Below are positions 45,918-56,812 of a stretch of 64,000 nucleotides of DNA, piece by piece. Made by a program: the position numbers and the translations under genes. This DNA comes from Gammaproteobacteria bacterium (GTDB taxonomy: Bacteria > Pseudomonadota > Gammaproteobacteria > Pseudomonadales > Pseudohongiellaceae), in NCBI GenBank assembly GCA_030831125.1, contig JAURLQ010000024.1:13280-77279 (forward strand), given 5' to 3'. Positions within the stretch are counted from its first letter, which is position 1. Each line of letters begins with the position of its first letter. The notes under the pieces are model-generated. The model made no database searches. It saw nothing but the letters and a program-made list of their open reading frames with translations, and was not told the DNA's origin.

Positions 45918-46490
45918 ATGGCTACGTATTCCACCAACGAATTCAAGGCAGGCCTGAAAGTAATGCTGGATGGCGATCCCTGTTCCATCATGGAGAATGA
46001 ATTCGTCAAGCCCGGCAAGGGACAGGCATTCAACAGGGTCAGGCTGCGTAACCTCAACAGTGGCAGGGTCTGGGAGCGGACCTTCAAATCCGGAGAATCC
46101 CTGGAAGGTGCCGATGTTGTGGAAACCGACATGGAATATCTCTATACCGATGGCGAGTTCTGGCACTTCATGAAAACCGACGGCAGTTTTGAACAGCTGG
46201 CTGCAGATGAAAAAGCCGTAACAGACGCAAGAAACTGGCTGAAAGAACAGGAAATATACGTAGTGATGATCTACAACGGCGTACCGATATCTGTCACTCC
46301 TCCCAATTTCGTGGAAATAGAAGTCGTTGAAACCGACCCGGGTATCCGAGGTGATACTGCTACCGGTGGCACCAAGCCTGCCAAACTGGCTTCCGGTGCA
46401 GTGGTTAAAGTACCGCTTTTTGTGGAAATTGGTGATGTCCTGCGCGTTGATACACGCTCTGGTGAGTACCAGAACCGCGTCAAGAAGTAA
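45918..46490 (+). CDS. efp: Elongation factor P
   Basis: '[19 protein letters not shown]' and the modification loop 'VKPGKGQAF' (Lys34 type, consistent with the adjacent epmA/epmB). Confidence 0.95.
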   Translation: MATYSTNEFKAGLKVMLDGDPCSIMENEFVKPGKGQAFNRVRLRNLNSGRVWERTFKSGESLEGADVVETDMEYLYTDGEFWHFMKTDGSFEQLAADEKAVTDARNWLKEQEIYVVMIYNGVPISVTPPNFVEIEVVETDPGIRGDTATGGTKPAKLASGAVVKVPLFVEIGDVLRVDTRSGEYQNRVKK

Positions 46491-46514
46491 GCGTACTGAT
46501 ACAGGGGGGTATGC

Positions 46515-47483
46515 TTGAAAGAGAGCGCTGTTGACTGGTCCCCTGCTGCTTCAATCGGGTTGCTCAAGGCAAGAGCCCGGATCAACGAACAGATCCGGGC
46601 ATTTTTCAGTGAAAAAGGTGTACTTGAAGTTGAAACGCCTCTGCTCTGCAATGCAACAGCAACAGATCCCAATATTGAATCAATAGCTGCCCACTACCGC
46701 GAGGGCAGTACCATCGAAACCCGCTATCTGCAGACATCTCCTGAATTTGCAATGAAGCGTCTGCTTGCAGCAGGCAGCGGACCCATCTACCAGCTTTGCA
46801 AGGCTTTCAGGAATGCCGAGCATGGGCGTCGGCATAATCCTGAATTCAGTATGCTTGAATGGTACCGGCCAGGATTCACGCTGGAGCAGATGATGGATGA
46901 AGTTGAGTCGCTGCTTATCCGGATTGCCGGAATCAAGCCTGCGAGAAGGATTACCTATCGCAGGCTGTTTGAAGAATATCTGGACGTAAATCCCCACACT
47001 GCGCCTGACAAGGCGCTGCGCAGGCTGGTGGTGACAAATCTCGATTTTGCCTCTGATGACAATGAAAGGGATGTGCTATTGGAGTTGCTTTACAGCCACT
47101 TGATTGAGCCGCGTCTGCAGGAAGCAGTCTTCATACATGATTATCCTGCCTCCCAGGCTGCACTGGCCAGGGTGCTGTGCAACACCGACGGAGACCTTGT
47201 AGGGCGACGATTCGAGTTGGTTGCAGCGGGTATGGAGCTCGCCAACGGTTATGATGAATTGTGTGATCCTGCAGAACTGGCGCAAAGATTCGCTACAGAC
47301 CAGGCAGTGCGGGTAAGCAGGGGGCTTGCCCGGTATCCGGAAGATACAAGACTGCTGGCTGCACTGGAGCATGGCATGCCGGAAGGTGCAGGAGTTGCCA
47401 TGGGTGTAGACCGCGTACTCATGCTGGCCATGAAAGTGGACAGCATTCAGGCAGTTTTGAATTTCCCGCACGATCGGGCCTGA
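46515..47483 (+). CDS. epmA: EF-P-(R)-beta-lysine ligase (class II LysRS paralogue)
   Basis: 'FFSEKGVLEVETPLL', 'LQTSPEFAMKRLLAAG', 'FRNAEHGRRHNPEFSMLEWY' and 'GVAMGVDRVLML'. TTG start. Confidence 0.88.
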   Translation: MKESAVDWSPAASIGLLKARARINEQIRAFFSEKGVLEVETPLLCNATATDPNIESIAAHYREGSTIETRYLQTSPEFAMKRLLAAGSGPIYQLCKAFRNAEHGRRHNPEFSMLEWYRPGFTLEQMMDEVESLLIRIAGIKPARRITYRRLFEEYLDVNPHTAPDKALRRLVVTNLDFASDDNERDVLLELLYSHLIEPRLQEAVFIHDYPASQAALARVLCNTDGDLVGRRFELVAAGMELANGYDELCDPAELAQRFATDQAVRVSRGLARYPEDTRLLAALEHGMPEGAGVAMGVDRVLMLAMKVDSIQAVLNFPHDRA

Positions 47484-47526
47484 GTGCTATGATCAAGAAT
47501 ATATAAATAAAATCGGGGAGTTCCAG

Positions 47527-47970
47527 ATGCAGATAGATCCAGACAATGTTGAATTTGCCGGATTCTGGTCGCGGGTGTTCGCCTCGATTCTTGACAGTAT
47601 TCTGCAGATTATTGTGTTCACGCCACTGCTGATCATGTTCTTCGGTATGGACGTGTTGATGAATCCTGCGCTGGATACAGGAGTAAGCGGTTTTTTCATC
47701 GGCAATGTGCTGCCTGCGCTGGTGGTTATTCTATTCTGGAAGTACAAATCTGCCACGCCAGGCAAGATCATGATGGGAATCGCAATAGTGGATGCAAGCA
47801 CTGGAGGAAATCCCTCAACGGTCAGACTTGTACTGCGATTCCTTGGCTATATTGTTTCCATGTTGCCGTTTTTTCTTGGCTTTTTCTGGATTGCCTTCGA
47901 CAAGCGCAAGCAGGGCTGGCACGACAAGATTGCGAATACGCTGGTAGTAAGAATCCCTGCGAAATCGTGA
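47527..47970 (+). CDS. RDD family membrane protein
   Basis: 147 aa. 'AGFWSRVFASILDSIL' (RDD-like start), three hydrophobic helices, and 'GWHDKIANTLVV' at the C-terminus, typical of the RDD family. Confidence 0.7.
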   Translation: MQIDPDNVEFAGFWSRVFASILDSILQIIVFTPLLIMFFGMDVLMNPALDTGVSGFFIGNVLPALVVILFWKYKSATPGKIMMGIAIVDASTGGNPSTVRLVLRFLGYIVSMLPFFLGFFWIAFDKRKQGWHDKIANTLVVRIPAKS

Positions 47971-47984
47971 ACTGCGCTGTTTGG

Positions 47985-48845
47985 TCAGGAGACCTGCTGC
48001 AGTATGCCCGTAGCCTGTCCCATGAGAACTGCGCAGCCGCTCTCAAGGTCTTCGTTCCACTTCACCATGCTGTCACCAAAAATCACGATCGCAGTAGAGC
48101 CGAGTTTGAAACGGCCGACTTCAAGCCCACGTTCCAGATGTACAGGTGGTGCCTGCTGACTGTAGTCAACTGACTGCAGACCATGGGGCGCAGGAGCCAC
48201 CTGGCCTGCCCATACAGTTTCTATCCCTGCCACTATCATTGCACCGACAAGGACGATGGCCATGGGTCCATGGTCAGTGTCAAAAATACAGACGACTCTT
48301 TCATTTCTCGCAAACAGCCTGTCCACACCCTCAGCGGTTGTCTGGTTTACGGAAAAAAGTCTTCCGGGAACATAAACCTGTTCCTTGAGTGTGCCGGCAA
48401 GTGGCATATGTACACGATGGTAGTCGCGGGGTGAAAGGTAAACTGTCATGAAGCTGCCATTACTGAATGCGGCAGCACGATCGGCATCTCCTCCCAAAAG
48501 TGCGGTCAATGAATAACTACGTCCCTTGGCCTGGAAAATGGTGTCTGAGTTAATGGTGCCGAGAGCGCTGATGGCGCCATCCGCCGGGCAGATTACCGAC
48601 CGGGGATTGTCATCTGTTGTTCTGGCGTCAGACTTGAGCTGGCGCGTAAAAAAATCATTGAAACATGTGTAGGCAAGAGGATCGGGACTGGCTGCCTCGC
48701 TCATATTGACCTGGTAACGTTTGATAAACCAGGAAATGAAAGTGTTCTTGATCCAGCCGACCTGGCAGTTGGCAAGCATTCCTGCGATGCGAGAGATCAA
48801 GTGATGGGGCAGTACATACTGCAGTAATACAAACAGTTTTTTCAT
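47985..48845 (-). CDS. psd: Phosphatidylserine decarboxylase proenzyme
   Basis: 'MKKLFVLLQYVLPHHLISR' N-terminus and the self-cleavage 'LGST' site in 'FKLGSTAIVIF'. The ATG overlaps the upstream stop (ATGA). Confidence 0.88.
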   Translation of the reverse strand: MKKLFVLLQYVLPHHLISRIAGMLANCQVGWIKNTFISWFIKRYQVNMSEAASPDPLAYTCFNDFFTRQLKSDARTTDDNPRSVICPADGAISALGTINSDTIFQAKGRSYSLTALLGGDADRAAAFSNGSFMTVYLSPRDYHRVHMPLAGTLKEQVYVPGRLFSVNQTTAEGVDRLFARNERVVCIFDTDHGPMAIVLVGAMIVAGIETVWAGQVAPAPHGLQSVDYSQQAPPVHLERGLEVGRFKLGSTAIVIFGDSMVKWNEDLESGCAVLMGQATGILQQVS

Positions 48846-49657
48846 GACCATGATTCTATTGGCGTATCCGGCAGGTTGCCCCATTCACCCCAGGACCCAT
48901 GATAGCCTTGTGCGGTATATCCGAGCGCCCGTGCAACAAAGTAACTCAGGCTCGAACGGTGGTGGCTCTGGCAATGGGTAATGACGTGCTTGCCCTGCAC
49001 GATGTCGATGGCCTTCAGTTTATCCTGCAGCAGAGGCAGTGGATGCAGACGCAAATTGCGCTCCCGGTCCATCAGCTCCAGCCAGTCCAGATTTACTGCT
49101 CCGGGGATATGACCTGCTCGTGCAGAGGAAGTTCTCAGGCCTGCATACTCCTCAGGGGATCTGGCATCCCAGATCGAGATCCCGGGCTTGCCGATGGCAG
49201 CCTTGACTGTTTCCAGTTCAGCGATGGGTTCCCGGTTCAATCGGAGGCTCACGCTTGTTGGTGTTACTTCATTGACTTCAGGTGTAACGGGATGTCCTTC
49301 CCGGTACCAGGAAAGCAGTCCACCATTGAGGAATGAATAATTCTTGTGGCCGATGATATCCAGTGTCCAGATCAGTCGTGCTGCCCAGCCCCCACCTTCA
49401 TCATCATAGGCTACGATATGCTTTCCCGGCGTGTATCCGATCCGGGAAAACAGATTACGTAACTGGCTTTCTGTTGGCAGCATGCCTGAAGCAGGTGGAA
49501 TACCGCATACCAGCTCGGCCGGGTTGATGTGCACGGCTCCGGGAACATGCAGTTGTTTCCAGTTCTGGGGCGCGCAAACGTCGACAACCAGAAGATCAGT
49601 GTCCTGAAGATGGGTTTCAAGTGTTGAAGGTTCGATAACCAGATCAAGCTTTGGCAT
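48842..49657 (-). CDS. Tandem-rhodanese sulfurtransferase
   Basis: Two rhodanese domains, with the active-site loop 'HCQSHHRSS' in the second. ATG 49657 (MPKLDLVI...) is preferred. Confidence 0.75.
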   Translation of the reverse strand: MPKLDLVIEPSTLETHLQDTDLLVVDVCAPQNWKQLHVPGAVHINPAELVCGIPPASGMLPTESQLRNLFSRIGYTPGKHIVAYDDEGGGWAARLIWTLDIIGHKNYSFLNGGLLSWYREGHPVTPEVNEVTPTSVSLRLNREPIAELETVKAAIGKPGISIWDARSPEEYAGLRTSSARAGHIPGAVNLDWLELMDRERNLRLHPLPLLQDKLKAIDIVQGKHVITHCQSHHRSSLSYFVARALGYTAQGYHGSWGEWGNLPDTPIESWS

Positions 49658-49775
49658 AGTACTACCCGGCCGGCCTGCGTTGAGTATACGCACATCTTTG
49701 TCAACTGACAGCCTGTTACTGTTGCCAGCGTGCCTGATGTCTCATTTTGCTACTGCATGCATTCAGCCAGGCATG

Positions 49776-50780
49776 TCAGATTATGCGTGAGCGGAGAATG
49801 AACTGGTAACTGTGAAGTCTTCTTTCATCAATTTTCCCGTCGGCTACGGCTTGCAGCAGGGCGCAGCCCTGCTCTTTTTCGTGTCTGCAGTCCCGGAATC
49901 TGCACTGTCCGATAAATGGGCGAAATTCCACAAATCCTGCAAGTATTTCCTCGGGCTCGATATGCCACAGACCGAATTCACGGATACCCGGTGAATCGAT
50001 CAGTTTGCCGCCTTCAGGAAAGTGGAAGAGTCTGGCGGCAGTGGTGGTATGGCGCCCTTTGGTTTTTGCTTCAGAAAGCGTGCCTTCTTCTGTATTGATG
50101 CCGGGCAGCAGCAGATTGGCCAGTGCCGATTTACCCACACCACTTTGTCCCACAATGACACTGGTCCTGGTGGCCAGCAATGCAAGCAGGCTTGCCCTGC
50201 CTTCACCCGTGCGGCAGGAAACCCTGTGGGTCTGGTAACCCAAATTTTCATAAAGGGCCAGCATGTCATTTACGAGCGGGGTATGGGGGGCTTGTGGCAT
50301 AAGGTCACATTTGTTCAACAGCAGTACAGCCTCGGCCCCCATCTGGTCTGCGGCAACAAGATACCGGTCGATCAGATTGAAATGGGGTTGAGGCTCCGGG
50401 GCTATGATAATGATCATGGTGTCGATATTGGCAGCAACAGGTTTCAATGCACCCAGTTTCGATGGTCTGCAAAGCACACTTCTGCGGGGCAAGGTGGCCA
50501 CGACCACACCTTCAGGATCACCGGCTTCCCAGATGACTTCATCTCCGGCAACCAGTGGTTCAAGATTGCTGCGCTGGAAGCAGCGCACCAGAGAGCCACA
50601 AAGGTCACCATCGAGAGCTTCAATGTCGAGTTGCTGTCCGAAATGTGAAATTACCAACCCTCGATACTGGGTGCCCTGCGTATCGGCATTACCAGCTTCT
50701 ACAATATGTCGTTCAGTTTGTGCCTGCTGCTTGCCCTGGATACGGACCAGTTGCTGTTTGCTGAGTTTTCTTCGCGTCAT
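49776..50780 (-). CDS. rsgA: Ribosome small-subunit-dependent GTPase A
   Basis: Circularly permuted GTPase ('LLNKCDL', 'GQSGVGKSALANLL') and a C-terminal zinc knuckle 'CRFRDCRHEKEQGCA'. Confidence 0.88.
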   Translation of the reverse strand: MTRRKLSKQQLVRIQGKQQAQTERHIVEAGNADTQGTQYRGLVISHFGQQLDIEALDGDLCGSLVRCFQRSNLEPLVAGDEVIWEAGDPEGVVVATLPRRSVLCRPSKLGALKPVAANIDTMIIIIAPEPQPHFNLIDRYLVAADQMGAEAVLLLNKCDLMPQAPHTPLVNDMLALYENLGYQTHRVSCRTGEGRASLLALLATRTSVIVGQSGVGKSALANLLLPGINTEEGTLSEAKTKGRHTTTAARLFHFPEGGKLIDSPGIREFGLWHIEPEEILAGFVEFRPFIGQCRFRDCRHEKEQGCALLQAVADGKIDERRLHSYQFILRSRII

Positions 50781-50856
50781 GTTGTCATAATAGAACCAAC
50801 AGGCACTATCAGGGTAGCTGCTTTGCTACAATCGGCGCTTCAAAAAGGGATTCCCA

Positions 50857-51411
50857 ATGGACAAGAAGCAACACCTTATCTGGATAGATCTGGAAATGAC
50901 CGGACTTTCTCCCGATACCGACCGTATTATCGAGATTGCCACCATTATCACCAACACGGATTTGCGTGTGGTTGCAGAGGGGCCGGTATTCGCCATTCAT
51001 CAGTCGAAAACTGTCATGGATGGCATGGATGAATGGAATCAGCACCATCATGGCGCCAATGGCCTGATCGAGCGAGTCAGATTGAGCCCTTACGATGAAA
51101 GCACGGCAGAAAAGCTCACCCTGCAATTCCTCTCGCAATACTGCGACCCGAGACATTCACCAATGTGTGGCAATAGTATCTGCCAGGACCGGCGCTTTCT
51201 GGCACGCTACATGCCCGACCTGGAAGCCTTTTTCCATTACCGCAATCTGGATGTGAGCTCGGTCAAGGAGCTGGCCAAGCGCTGGCGACCTGACCTGATG
51301 GACGGGTTGAAAAAGGAAGGTAGCCACAAGGCACTTGATGACATTCGCGATTCCATCAAGGAACTGCAGTTTTATCGCGAGCACTTTTTCCTGACCAGAA
51401 AACCGGACTGA
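50857..51411 (+). CDS. orn: Oligoribonuclease
   Basis: DEDDh exonuclease motifs '[11 protein letters not shown]', '[12 protein letters not shown]' and '[11 protein letters not shown]'. It is divergent from rsgA, as in E. coli. Confidence 0.92.
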   Translation: MDKKQHLIWIDLEMTGLSPDTDRIIEIATIITNTDLRVVAEGPVFAIHQSKTVMDGMDEWNQHHHGANGLIERVRLSPYDESTAEKLTLQFLSQYCDPRHSPMCGNSICQDRRFLARYMPDLEAFFHYRNLDVSSVKELAKRWRPDLMDGLKKEGSHKALDDIRDSIKELQFYREHFFLTRKPD

Positions 51412-51531
51412 TGTGCATTGCAAGCACTGCTACAAGGTTTCAACAGGTTTGAAGCCTGCACTATACTGCATTGCAATTTTCCCTGCCGGGGCGGGTCTGA
51501 TTCACCATATTCCCGATAATTTCAGTTATTC

Positions 51532-53625
51532 ATGAGGTGTTCCATGAACAGGCTTATCCTGTCTCTTGTTCTTTGTGTTGTGCTGGCCGCCTGTGGTCAA
51601 CAAGAAACGACCAGCGACATGCCTGCAGGTGTGCAATCGGATTTTCCGGAAGTAGTCACTACCAGCCCTGACGGCCTCGGTTCTGGTGTTGAGCTGGAAA
51701 ATTTTGACACCTCCCTGACACCGGGTACTGATTTCTATCGTTATGTAAATGGTACCTGGCTCGCGAACACGCCCATTCCGGCAGACAAATCCAACTATGG
51801 TTCCTTTACGGCACTTGCTGACGAGGCAGAGGAACAACTGCGAGTCATCATAGAAAGTGCCGCTGTTGCCGATTCCGCACCAGGATCCGATGCGCAGAAA
51901 GTCGGGGATTTCTTCAGGAGCTTCATGGATGAATCCCGGATTGAGGCACTGGGTTCAACACCCATTCTTTCGGCCCTGAGCGAGATAGGCTCAGTAAGCA
52001 GCAAGGAAGAACTGTTCCTCATGTCTGCCGACCTCAACAGGGCCGGGGTCCAGATTCCTGCTGGCGGCTATGTCAGTAATGATGAAATGCAGTCAGATCA
52101 GTACATTACCTATATTGTCCAGAGCGGACTGGGCCTGCCTGATCGTGACTGGTATCTCTCCACAAATGACACAACCCATCAGGAGGCGAGAGCTGCTTAC
52201 CAGGATTACATCGGCAAGGTAATGACAATTGCCGGATATGCGCGGGCGCAGGAATCTGCAGATTCTGTCATGGCGATAGAAAGCAGGATAGCAGAGGCCC
52301 ATTGGGATCGAGTCATGAATCGCCAGGCTGAACTGACCTACAACAAGAGAACCCTGGCAGAGCTGCAGGGTATGTCACCCTCACTGGACTGGGCTGCCTT
52401 TCTGCAGCGTTATGGCATCAATGAGGAGGTCTTTATCATCGCCCAGCCCAGTTACATTGAAGGGCTGGATGCCATCTGGAATGAAATCCCTGTAGAGCAG
52501 TGGAAGGATTATTTCAGCTATAAACTGGTGGATACCTATGCTCCATTTCTGAGTGATGCGTTCGTTCAGGCCCAGTTCGATTTTGAGGGGCGTACCCTCA
52601 GTGGACTGGAAGAAATCCAGCCTCGCTGGAAAAGAGGTGTAGGCGTTGTGGATGGCGCACTGGGTGAAGTTGTGGGGCGCCTGTATGTAGAGCAGCATTT
52701 CCGGTCTGAAGCCAAGGTGCGTATGGATCAGCTTATTGAAAATCTGCGCGAGGCATTTCGCGTTGGCATCGATGAGCTGGAGTGGATGACGCCGGACACC
52801 AAAGTACAGGCCCAGGACAAGCTGGCCAATTTCAATACGAAGATCGGTTATCCGGATGAATGGAAGGACTATTCAGCATTGGTAGTTGATCCGGAAGATC
52901 TCGTCGGCAATGTCATGCGTTCACGACGCGTGGAGCATGATCGTGAGATGGGCAAACTGGGTAACCCGATAGATAGGGGTGAATGGTTCATGACACCTTA
53001 CACCGTAAACGCCTACTACAACCCGCCAATGAACGAGATCGTGTTTCCTGCAGCTATCCTGCAGCCACCTTTTTTCAATGTGGAAGCGGACGATGCTGTC
53101 AATTATGGTGGCATTGGCGCTGTGATCGGACATGAGTTCAGTCATGGCTTTGATGATCAGGGCCGCAAATATGATGGTAACGGCAATCTGCGTGACTGGT
53201 GGACTGAAACCGATGCCGAAGCATTTGCCGAACGTGCCGGCAAGCTGGTCGAGCAGTACAACCTGATTGAAGTATTGCCAGGCAAGTTCCTGAACGGTGA
53301 ATTCACACTGGGTGAAAATATCGGTGATCTCAGTGGACTGGCTGTAGCGTACAAGGCATACCGGATGTCGCTCAATGGAGAGGAAGCCCCGGTCATTGAC
53401 GGGTTTACAGGTGACCAGCGCTTTTTCATAGGCTGGGCGCAGATCTGGCGCAGGCTCTATCGCGATGAAAACCTTGAAGTACGGCTTACTTCAGATCCGC
53501 ATTCGCATAGTGAAGCCCGCTGCAATGCAATTCTCAGGAATTTCGATGCCTGGTATGACGCCTTCAACATCGGGCCGGATGACCCGATGTATCTGTCGCC
53601 ACAGGACAGGGTAAAAATCTGGTAA
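51532..53625 (+). CDS. M13 family zinc metallopeptidase (PepO/endothelin-converting-enzyme-like), lipoprotein
   Basis: Lipobox 'VLAAC', 'HEFSHGFD' (HExxH), 'GENIGDLSG' and a C-terminal '...RVKIW', typical of M13. Confidence 0.88.
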   Translation: MRCSMNRLILSLVLCVVLAACGQQETTSDMPAGVQSDFPEVVTTSPDGLGSGVELENFDTSLTPGTDFYRYVNGTWLANTPIPADKSNYGSFTALADEAEEQLRVIIESAAVADSAPGSDAQKVGDFFRSFMDESRIEALGSTPILSALSEIGSVSSKEELFLMSADLNRAGVQIPAGGYVSNDEMQSDQYITYIVQSGLGLPDRDWYLSTNDTTHQEARAAYQDYIGKVMTIAGYARAQESADSVMAIESRIAEAHWDRVMNRQAELTYNKRTLAELQGMSPSLDWAAFLQRYGINEEVFIIAQPSYIEGLDAIWNEIPVEQWKDYFSYKLVDTYAPFLSDAFVQAQFDFEGRTLSGLEEIQPRWKRGVGVVDGALGEVVGRLYVEQHFRSEAKVRMDQLIENLREAFRVGIDELEWMTPDTKVQAQDKLANFNTKIGYPDEWKDYSALVVDPEDLVGNVMRSRRVEHDREMGKLGNPIDRGEWFMTPYTVNAYYNPPMNEIVFPAAILQPPFFNVEADDAVNYGGIGAVIGHEFSHGFDDQGRKYDGNGNLRDWWTETDAEAFAERAGKLVEQYNLIEVLPGKFLNGEFTLGENIGDLSGLAVAYKAYRMSLNGEEAPVIDGFTGDQRFFIGWAQIWRRLYRDENLEVRLTSDPHSHSEARCNAILRNFDAWYDAFNIGPDDPMYLSPQDRVKIW

Positions 53626-53752
53626 GCCAGGTGTCTGAGTAAGGGGGGCCTGATATCGGGACTGCATTCAAAATGCGGGAGTGCATGGTAACCGGATCGT
53701 GATTCCGGGAGCATTACTCTGACAACAATCTCCGGACAGGACATCTTCATCC

Positions 53753-55090
53753 ATGAAATCACTTTCATATCTGCTTCAGAAACTCTCGACACTCGGGCAG
53801 GAAACGCTTGATCAGTTCAATCTGGGGAGCAGTGACAATTTTGCTCTTGGCGCAGGCAGATTGTGTGAGGCCCTGCTGCAGCTCAGTGGTGAAGCTTCCT
53901 CAATAGTTATCGCCGAGGAAATCATCCGGCAATACCAGGCCAGCGACGAAGCGGAAAAGCAGCAGTTTTTCGGGTATCTCTACTCAAAGCTAGGTGCTGA
54001 TACAGAGGTAGTGGCCGAGGCGATCACGCGTTATCAGGCTGATGGTGATCAGGGCTCTTTGCTGGCGCTGGGCAGTGCCTGTGAGTCTCCCAGACTTGAA
54101 CTGCTGAAAACGCTGAACACGGCAGCTGGGGGTACACAGGCGCTGATCTGTATGCGCGAAGACCTCCACAAGTTGCCAAAGGACAATCCTGCGCGTGATG
54201 TGCTTGATGAGGAGCTGTTGAGCCTTTTCCGAAGCTGGTTCAATCGCGGCTTTCTGGAGTTGCGCACAATAGACTGGCGTACGCCCGCCTGGATTCTTGA
54301 AAAACTGATCCAGTACGAGTCAGTGCATGAAATCCGGGGTTGGCCTGATCTTCGCCGACGTCTGCAGGCTGATCGTGGTTGTTACGGGTTCTTCCATCCG
54401 GCAATACCAGGGGAACCGTTGATTTTTGTTGAAGCTGCGCTTACTGATGAAATCAGTGACAACATTCTTGAGCTGCTCAAACAGCACCCGCCCGGTGATG
54501 ACGATGCCAGTCCGAACACTGCTGTGTTCTATTCCATCAACAATTGTCTGGGTGGCTTGCGTGGTGTGAGCTTTGGCAATTTCCTGATCAAACAGGTTAT
54601 TGAACACCTCGTACATGAAATGCCCCACATTACCCGTTATGTCACGCTTTCACCGGTGCCTGGCTTCAGGCGCTGGCTGGAAACTGCGGTGCATGATGGA
54701 CTGACAAGCCTGGACAGCGAACAACAGGCCCTGCTTGAGGCCATGCAGTCAGGTGTTGAGCCGGGCAGTCCACTGCGTGATTCTGCCGAACTGACAAAAC
54801 TGCTGACGTCACTGTGCGCACATTATCTGTTGAAAGTGAAAAGCCGGGGGAATCCGGCTGATGCCGTTGTACGCTTTCATCTGGGTAATGGCGCGATACT
54901 GGATCGTATCAACTGGTGGGCTGATCCAACCGAAAACGGACTGAAGCAGAGTTACGGGCTTATGGTGAACTATCAGTATGATCGCAAGTTGATGGGGGCC
55001 AATCACGAGGCCTACCAGAGTCGTCAGGCGCTGGCCTGTTCGTCAGCAGTAAAGAAACTTGCCGGGCAGGCCCCTGTATCGCAGTCCTGA
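53753..55090 (+). CDS. Malonyl-CoA decarboxylase family protein
   Basis: 'LSPVPGFRRWL' and 'RFHLGNGAILDRINWWADPTENGLKQSYGLMVNYQY' are characteristic MCD blocks. Confidence 0.75.
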   Translation: MKSLSYLLQKLSTLGQETLDQFNLGSSDNFALGAGRLCEALLQLSGEASSIVIAEEIIRQYQASDEAEKQQFFGYLYSKLGADTEVVAEAITRYQADGDQGSLLALGSACESPRLELLKTLNTAAGGTQALICMREDLHKLPKDNPARDVLDEELLSLFRSWFNRGFLELRTIDWRTPAWILEKLIQYESVHEIRGWPDLRRRLQADRGCYGFFHPAIPGEPLIFVEAALTDEISDNILELLKQHPPGDDDASPNTAVFYSINNCLGGLRGVSFGNFLIKQVIEHLVHEMPHITRYVTLSPVPGFRRWLETAVHDGLTSLDSEQQALLEAMQSGVEPGSPLRDSAELTKLLTSLCAHYLLKVKSRGNPADAVVRFHLGNGAILDRINWWADPTENGLKQSYGLMVNYQYDRKLMGANHEAYQSRQALACSSAVKKLAGQAPVSQS

Positions 55091-55190
55091 ATCATGCACA
55101 TGGCAGACGTTGAACTGTCTCAATGGGAGTCGCTTCTGAGCCTGGCAGAAATCTCCACAAGGTCGGGTCGTGAGTATGCCGCAGGCAGAT

Positions 55191-56780
55191 TCAACGCAGT
55201 GTCTGGCCACCCAGCAGTTCAACCACAGCTCGTCTTCCCTCGGCAGAAGGGCCGCGTCCGGGACGGTTTGCTTCAGGTACCGGTTCCAATGCCAGATCAA
55301 GTGCGGTTTTACCTTCGGCATCCCTGAGAGTGGTGTCGGCACCCCGTTCCACCAGATGTCTTGCAACCAGATTCCAGCCAAGTTCAGCAGCGGAATGCAG
55401 TGCACTACGGCCTTCATTGTCTTTCCACTGGATATAGGTATCGAGTTTTGCGGTGAAGGTGTGGCTGTCGTTAACCTGGGCATCAATATCGGCGCCGGCA
55501 TCCAGCAACATATCAATTGTCCGGATGGCTTTCTGCTGTATGTCCGCCCCGGTTGAGCCGGCAGGCGCCCTGCCATTACCACTCATGCCTGCGGCGTACA
55601 TCAGCGGCGTTATCCGGTATACGTTACGGAGATTTGCATCGGCTCCGTGCGCAAGCAAGGCTTCCATCGCTTCATGGTCGTGTGTAAAAACGGCGATCAG
55701 CAGCGCATGTGTACCGCCACGCATGTCGTAATCTGCAAAGCGTCCCCTACCTGGCCCATTGGGTCTCATCCGGGTGAGCTGGTGGTTCACCTCCACGCCC
55801 ATATCAAGCAATCGGCGGACTATATCCATGGCAGAAATATTGCGCTCATTCACGCCGCGGGAATTGAATGATTCGTTCAGACTACCGAAGCCAAAGCCGT
55901 TGGGTGTGAAGGAATTCATGTCTACGGCGAGCAGTAACGGGGTTCTGCCGTTCATGTCCCAGGCCTCTACTTTGGCGCCCTGATCAATAAGGTACATGGC
56001 TATATCAAAATTCTTGTTGTCGATTGCATTGAGCAGCGGGGTTACGCCATCTGGATTGGGTTGATTGATATCGGCACCTGCTTCCACTATGGCAACAGCA
56101 CAACGGTAGCAACCCGACCGGGTGACATAGTGCAATGCCGAGAGACCTCCGGTAGGCAGAAACTGGGCGCGAGGTTCGGAAGTCATTTGGCGTGGCCAGT
56201 CGTCGTAGTATGCCATGGGCGATACATGCGCGCCGTTGGCAAGCAGCAATTCAAAAACGTCCGGGTTGTTTTCCGAGGCTGCCCACATCAGGGCTGTCTG
56301 ACCCCTGAAAGTTTCAATGGCATTCACCTGTGCCCCGGCTTCAATCAGTATCTGTGCAATCTCTCGATTGCCTATATAGGCTGTCAGCATCAGCGCCGTC
56401 TGGTTGTCCAGATTCGAAGAGTCTGCATCGGCACCAGCTTCCAGCAATGTACGCACCAGTTCTGCATTGTTCAGCTTCACAGCTTCAGCCAGGGCTGTGG
56501 CACCATAGTTGTTGGTAGCGTCGGCTGCTGCACCTGCTTCTATCAGGGCATCCACGATTTCCAGGTTCACCTGGTAAGTGGCATGCATCAGTGCAGTTGT
56601 ACCATCAGCTTCGGTGGCATTCACATCAGCACCTGCTTCAATTGCAGCCAGCGCATCATTTCCGCGACCAGCCTTGATCAGATCAATCAGTGAGTCCTGC
56701 GCATTGGCAGTAACAACCATCAAAGAAAGCAAGAACGAGAAGCCAAGCCTGAAGAAATTCATTTTAGAATCAACGATCAT
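55191..56780 (-). CDS. Exported ankyrin-repeat protein (about 10 repeats)
   Basis: Signal peptide 'FSFLLSLMVVTANA'. Repeated 'G.TALM.A......IV..LLEAGAD.N' ankyrin units run throughout. Confidence 0.85.
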   Translation of the reverse strand: MIVDSKMNFFRLGFSFLLSLMVVTANAQDSLIDLIKAGRGNDALAAIEAGADVNATEADGTTALMHATYQVNLEIVDALIEAGAAADATNNYGATALAEAVKLNNAELVRTLLEAGADADSSNLDNQTALMLTAYIGNREIAQILIEAGAQVNAIETFRGQTALMWAASENNPDVFELLLANGAHVSPMAYYDDWPRQMTSEPRAQFLPTGGLSALHYVTRSGCYRCAVAIVEAGADINQPNPDGVTPLLNAIDNKNFDIAMYLIDQGAKVEAWDMNGRTPLLLAVDMNSFTPNGFGFGSLNESFNSRGVNERNISAMDIVRRLLDMGVEVNHQLTRMRPNGPGRGRFADYDMRGGTHALLIAVFTHDHEAMEALLAHGADANLRNVYRITPLMYAAGMSGNGRAPAGSTGADIQQKAIRTIDMLLDAGADIDAQVNDSHTFTAKLDTYIQWKDNEGRSALHSAAELGWNLVARHLVERGADTTLRDAEGKTALDLALEPVPEANRPGRGPSAEGRRAVVELLGGQTLR

Positions 56781-56812
56781 TGTCGTAAGTCCCTGAAAAT
56801 ATACCCATCATT

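Noticed and set aside
51412-51531. I looked for tRNA genes downstream of orn, because E. coli has a tRNA-Gly cluster there.
   Set aside because: No acceptor-stem/T-arm (GTTCRANYC) cloverleaf could be found in the 120-nt spacer. I also saw no tRNA-like sequence in any other spacer of 100 nt or more.
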